Positions 60,161-64,000 of a stretch of DNA of 64,000 bases are shown here, piece after piece. Each line of letters opens with the position of its first letter. The stretch's first letter is position 1. Source of the DNA: Thermodesulfobacteriota bacterium (GTDB taxonomy: Bacteria > Desulfobacterota > Binatia > Bin18). Made by a program: the position numbers and the translations under genes. The notes beneath the pieces are model-generated. The model saw nothing but the letters and a program-made list of their open reading frames with translations. It was not told the origin of the DNA and made no database searches. Location: contig OZ219926.1 of the NCBI GenBank assembly GCA_964291405.2, forward strand, positions 384,001 through 448,000, written 5' to 3'.

Positions 60161-60973
60161 ATGCGCAGAAATTGGATCGATCTCAATAGTGATATGGGCG
60201 AGTCGTTTGGCAACTTCGTGCTTGGCCGACCGGAGGAGGTCATGAAGCGCATCTCCCACGCCAATATTGCCTGCGGCTTTCATGCCGGAGACCCGGGCTG
60301 GATGAGTCGCACGGTGGAATGGGCCAAAAAGTATGGAGTCACCGTAGGCGCCCACCCCGGCTTTCCTGATTTGCTGGGCTTTGGCCGACGGCTGATGAAC
60401 ATCACCCATCAGGAGGCGACCGATTATGTCGTCTATCAGGCCGGCGCCCTCAAGGCCTTTTGCGAAATGCACGGCCTCACGCTGCAGGCCGCCAAGCCAC
60501 ACGGCGCGTTCTATTCGTGGGGGATACAGTCCGAAGACAATGCTCGCGCCATTCTGGAGGGTTTTCAGGCTGTTGAGCCAAACCTCACCGTCTACCTGCC
60601 CGCCCTGCCCTCTTTCCCGCTGGTCTCCACCGCAGAAAAGATGGGGTTTCGGGTGGTCAAGGAATTCTATCCGGGCCTGAACTACGACGCGACTGGTGCG
60701 ATTACCGTCAAGCGCTCGTATGGCACCGAAGATGTGGAAGAGATCGTTGAGCTCGTGCTGCGCTTTGCCGTTGACGGACAGACAACCGCAGATAGTGGAG
60801 ACGTGATCGACGTTGAGGGAGAAAGCGTGTGTGTCCATGGAGATGTGGTCAATGCCCCGGAAGTCCTCGACGGACTGCATGCCGCCCTCCAACGAGAAGG
60901 CATAGCTATTCGGAGCGCGATTCATACCGAGAGTGCGGACATTCTGCCTTTGCAGGAACGAGCGAGCGCCTAG
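60161..60973 (+). CDS. pxpA: 5-oxoprolinase subunit A (LamB/YcsF)
   Basis: IDLNSDMGESFG, ANIACGFHAGDP, AHPGFPD..GFGRR, KPHGA, CVHGD. Confidence 0.92.
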   Translation: MRRNWIDLNSDMGESFGNFVLGRPEEVMKRISHANIACGFHAGDPGWMSRTVEWAKKYGVTVGAHPGFPDLLGFGRRLMNITHQEATDYVVYQAGALKAFCEMHGLTLQAAKPHGAFYSWGIQSEDNARAILEGFQAVEPNLTVYLPALPSFPLVSTAEKMGFRVVKEFYPGLNYDATGAITVKRSYGTEDVEEIVELVLRFAVDGQTTADSGDVIDVEGESVCVHGDVVNAPEVLDGLHAALQREGIAIRSAIHTESADILPLQERASA

Positions 60974-61033
60974 CTTCTGGCCAGTGGAACTTCTCGGCGA
61001 TGCTACTCGGTAGGTGTGGAACAGGGTGGAGCC

Positions 61034-61909
61034 ATGTCAGAGACGCGCTATGACTACGGTGGCGATGAATATCTGCTGGTGGTCTTCAGCGAGGCAATGG
61101 ACCTCGCCATTAATTTCAAGCTGCTATCAATCTGTCGCGAGATTGAGCGCAGGCGCATCCCTGGGGTCATTGAGGTCTGTCCGGCCAATGCTTCCTATCT
61201 GGTCCATTTCCGTCCCGAAGAGACCCATCCCGACACCTTGATTCGGACGCTTAAGGAGCTCGAACGCGAGATTCAGTCCGCGGAGGCGCTGACCTCTCGG
61301 CTGGTCGATATCCCGGTGCTGTTCGACGATCCCTGGACCCAGGAGTGCGCCAAACGCTTTGCCGACCGGCATCAGGATCCGTCGGTGTCCAACCTCGAAT
61401 ACCTGATGCGGGTGAACGGCTATTCCTCGAAGGAGGAGTTCATTACGGCCTACTGCGACCGGCCGTACTGGATCTCCATGGTCGGCTTTGTCCCCGGCAC
61501 GGCCTGGTGCTATCGCATGTGCCCGCCCGAGCAGGCCATTCAGGCACCCAAATACATTCGCCCGCGTACGGACACCCCCGAGCGTGCCGTGGCCCATGCC
61601 GGGGTGTTTCTGTGCATTTACCCCGTGCAGGGACCGGGCGGATATCAGCTGATCGGCATGTCTGCCGTGCCCGTGTATGACCCGGAGGAACACCTGCCAG
61701 ATCTCAAAGGACGCTATATTCTGGCCAATGCCGGGGATCGCTGGCAATTCCGACCTATTGACATGGATGAGTATAAGGATATCCGCTCGCAGGTCGAAGC
61801 CGGCAGCTATCGCTACCGCATTATTGAACAGAATTTTCATCCGGGCGAATATATGCGCGATCCGGAACACTATCTCAAACACCTGCGAGAAGAAGCCGCT
61901 CATGCTTAG
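61034..61909 (+). CDS. pxpB: PxpB/allophanate hydrolase subunit 1-like protein (long form)
   Basis: GDEYLLV, IPV.FDDPW, GFVPG, PRT.TP, IYP..GPGGYQLIG. Confidence 0.8.
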   Translation: MSETRYDYGGDEYLLVVFSEAMDLAINFKLLSICREIERRRIPGVIEVCPANASYLVHFRPEETHPDTLIRTLKELEREIQSAEALTSRLVDIPVLFDDPWTQECAKRFADRHQDPSVSNLEYLMRVNGYSSKEEFITAYCDRPYWISMVGFVPGTAWCYRMCPPEQAIQAPKYIRPRTDTPERAVAHAGVFLCIYPVQGPGGYQLIGMSAVPVYDPEEHLPDLKGRYILANAGDRWQFRPIDMDEYKDIRSQVEAGSYRYRIIEQNFHPGEYMRDPEHYLKHLREEAAHA

Positions 61910-62906
61910 CATCCTCGAGCCCGGCCTGTTGACCACCGTCCAGGACCTCGGTCGCTTACTCTGGTACCACATCGGCATGCCGCCTTCGGGCGCGCTGGAC
62001 GATTTCTCATTTCGGGTCGGCAACCTGCTGGTCGGCAACCCGGAGAACGCCGCGGGGCTGGAAGTGACCTACTCCGGACCATCGTTCGAGGTGACGAGTG
62101 AGGGTTTGATCGCGGTGACCGGTGCGGACATCGCGTTTACAATCAACAATCAGCCCGCGGCGCAGTGGCGCGCTCACGCCCTGTATCCTGGCGACCGCGT
62201 CAGCATGGGCGGAGTGCGCCGTGGGGCACGGGCCTATATCTGTCTGGCCGGCGGGATTACGGTGTCCGAACGGCTCGGCAGCCGCTCGACCTATATGCTG
62301 GGCCGCTTCGGCGGTCTGGACGGACGCAAACTTGAGGCCGGCGACTGCCTCCCGCTCGGCGCGCCCCACACCTCACCCGATGCGATGCTAGGACGTACCT
62401 GCGATCCGGCACTGATCCCGGTTCCGCAAAAAGAACTCGATGTGCGCGTCGTAATGGGCATGTGTAGCCATCGTGTGGCCCCGGACAGCCTGAAGGGCTT
62501 TCTGGCTGCGGACTGGGAAGTCTCGACCGAAGCCGACCGGATCGGCTATCGACTCAAAGGCCCGACATTTGAGTTCAACGCTGGCGAGCAGCCGTTTGGC
62601 GCGGGCGCCGATCCCTCCAATGTGGTCGATCTGGGCTACCCGATCGGCTCGATCCAGATTCCGGGCGGGCTGGAGGCCATCGTTCTCTTAAACGATGCGG
62701 TGACGGGCGGTGGCTATACCACCATTGGCACGGTCATCAAAGCGGACCTCGATTTGATTGCACAGGCCTCACCCGGCGGTCATGTCCGCTTTCACGAGGT
62801 CACTATTAACGAGGCGCTCCAAGCACGCCGGGAGCGCGAGGCGCGCCTGGAGTTAATTCGTCTGGAGTTGGGGCTGTTCGACCAAGCCGGTGTGCTGGGA
62901 CAGTAG
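61902..62906 (+). CDS. pxpC: PxpC/allophanate hydrolase subunit 2-like protein
   Basis: PGLLTTVQDLGR, PPSGALD, LGSRST, DRIGYRL, D.VTGGGY. Confidence 0.88.
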   Translation: MLSILEPGLLTTVQDLGRLLWYHIGMPPSGALDDFSFRVGNLLVGNPENAAGLEVTYSGPSFEVTSEGLIAVTGADIAFTINNQPAAQWRAHALYPGDRVSMGGVRRGARAYICLAGGITVSERLGSRSTYMLGRFGGLDGRKLEAGDCLPLGAPHTSPDAMLGRTCDPALIPVPQKELDVRVVMGMCSHRVAPDSLKGFLAADWEVSTEADRIGYRLKGPTFEFNAGEQPFGAGADPSNVVDLGYPIGSIQIPGGLEAIVLLNDAVTGGGYTTIGTVIKADLDLIAQASPGGHVRFHEVTINEALQARREREARLELIRLELGLFDQAGVLGQ

Positions 62907-62921
62907 AAGACGTCAGCGCTA

Positions 62922-64000
62922 CTATTCCCTCACCGTCATCACATACACCCCAGGGTTATCCAGCCGGACCTGCCAGCCGGGAAAGACCACGATTGCGGTC
63001 GTGATTTCCTCAATAATTGCTGGCCCGACGACCACGTTGCCCACGAGCAATTTGGCTCCATCGTAGACCGGTGTCGTCACAAAGGCATTGTGCTCTTCAA
63101 AGAAGGCCGGGCGTCCGACAACGAGACCACCGAGAACGTTCGCCGGTCTGGGCGCCGGCGGGGTCAGGAGTTCCACTGGCGAGTGGCGGCAATTGAGGCC
63201 GTGCGACTTTGCCCACGACAGTGGACTCCAGATTCATGATCTCGACCGCATTATCCCGCTCGCAATAGGTGAACAGTTCTTCGTGACGCGTGTGAAACGC
63301 CTCGGCAATCGCGCCGATATTACTAGTCGAGATGTCCTCCGGCGGGATATCGACCTGGCATTCATGGACCTGATCGACGTAACGCATGTCCAGCGAGCGG
63401 GAGATTGTTATCGCGTCCGGGTCCACTCCAGCGCTGCCCAGATCGTGCCGTCCCTGCGCTTCCATGGCCGCAAAGGTGTCGTTGAGCTGCGCGTAGTCCA
63501 CGGCGTCCAGGCGGACCGCGCTGGACGACAGATAGCTGTGTTTCATATCCGCCAGGATCTCACCAAACGCGCAGAAGGCGGAGGATATCTTGGGAATGAG
63601 AATGGTCGGAATGCCAAGCTCGCTGGCCAACCGACCGGCATGGGCCGGTCCAGCCCCACCGCCAACAACCATCATGAAGTCACGCGGATCATAACCACGT
63701 TCGATTGATACCCGCCGGATACCACTGACCATATTGGAGTTCACCAAAGTGAAAATCCCCTGGGCGGCTCGTTCAACATCCAGCCTGAGCGGACCGGCAA
63801 TCTCGGCGGTAATCACGCGGCGGGCCGCCTCGGCGTCGATCCGTAGCCGGCCGCCCAGCAGTGCTTCCTGGTTCAGATAGCCCAGCACGACCAGAGCATC
63901 GGTCACGGTCGGACGCTGTCCGCCCTGGCCATAGGCGGCCGGTCCCGGCTGGGCGCCGGCGCTCTCCGGCCCGACCTGTAATAACCCCATACGGTTCACG
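62922..64000 (-). CDS. Hydantoinase A/oxoprolinase family protein (5' part outside the window), broken by a 25-bp insertion near 63112-63136
   Basis: VGPESAGA.PGPAAY, PTVTDA, GYDPRDF, GGAGPAH, DMRY; C-terminus GPAIIEE..T.IVV lies in another frame. Confidence 0.88.

Noticed and set aside
61677-61901. N-terminal extension of pxpC
   Set aside because: It overlaps pxpB; the family-typical start MLSILEPG is at 61902

Overview
Gene-dense, roughly 60% GC (by eye) bacterial chromosome segment dominated by catabolic genes: five LLM oxidoreductases, two CaiB CoA-transferases, amidohydrolases, SDRs, eutBC, a benzoyl-CoA (box) cluster with a PaaX-type regulator, a carotenoid/stilbene oxygenase, pxpABC and a hydantoinase A. 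It also holds efp, ilvD, ltaE, hslR, copA with a MerR/CueR regulator, a CdaA-YbbR fusion, a zinc ribbon-cyclase-AAA-TPR protein and a VapBC pair. Gene content resembles uncultured Binatia/Deltaproteobacteria-like MAGs (inference only). An accessory patch at about 30.0-34.6 kb holds a frameshifted MmeI-like type IIL restriction-modification gene, an AT-rich membrane/coiled-coil gene and an alpha/beta-hydrolase remnant. Most notable observations: (1) a box cluster lacking boxA, boxD and boxR, with divergent paaX, a candidate operator and a crotonase missing both catalytic Glu; (2) a secreted protein with four OB-fold-like repeats and acidic linkers; (3) an in-frame TAG in the HTH of the MerR/CueR gene behind a merOP-like promoter; (4) dispersed heptamer (STRR-like) repeats and REP-like palindromes; (5) short insertions that break the amidase and hydantoinase genes. 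Some of these lesions may be long-read assembly errors. No rRNA, tRNA, CRISPR array or transposase was recognised.
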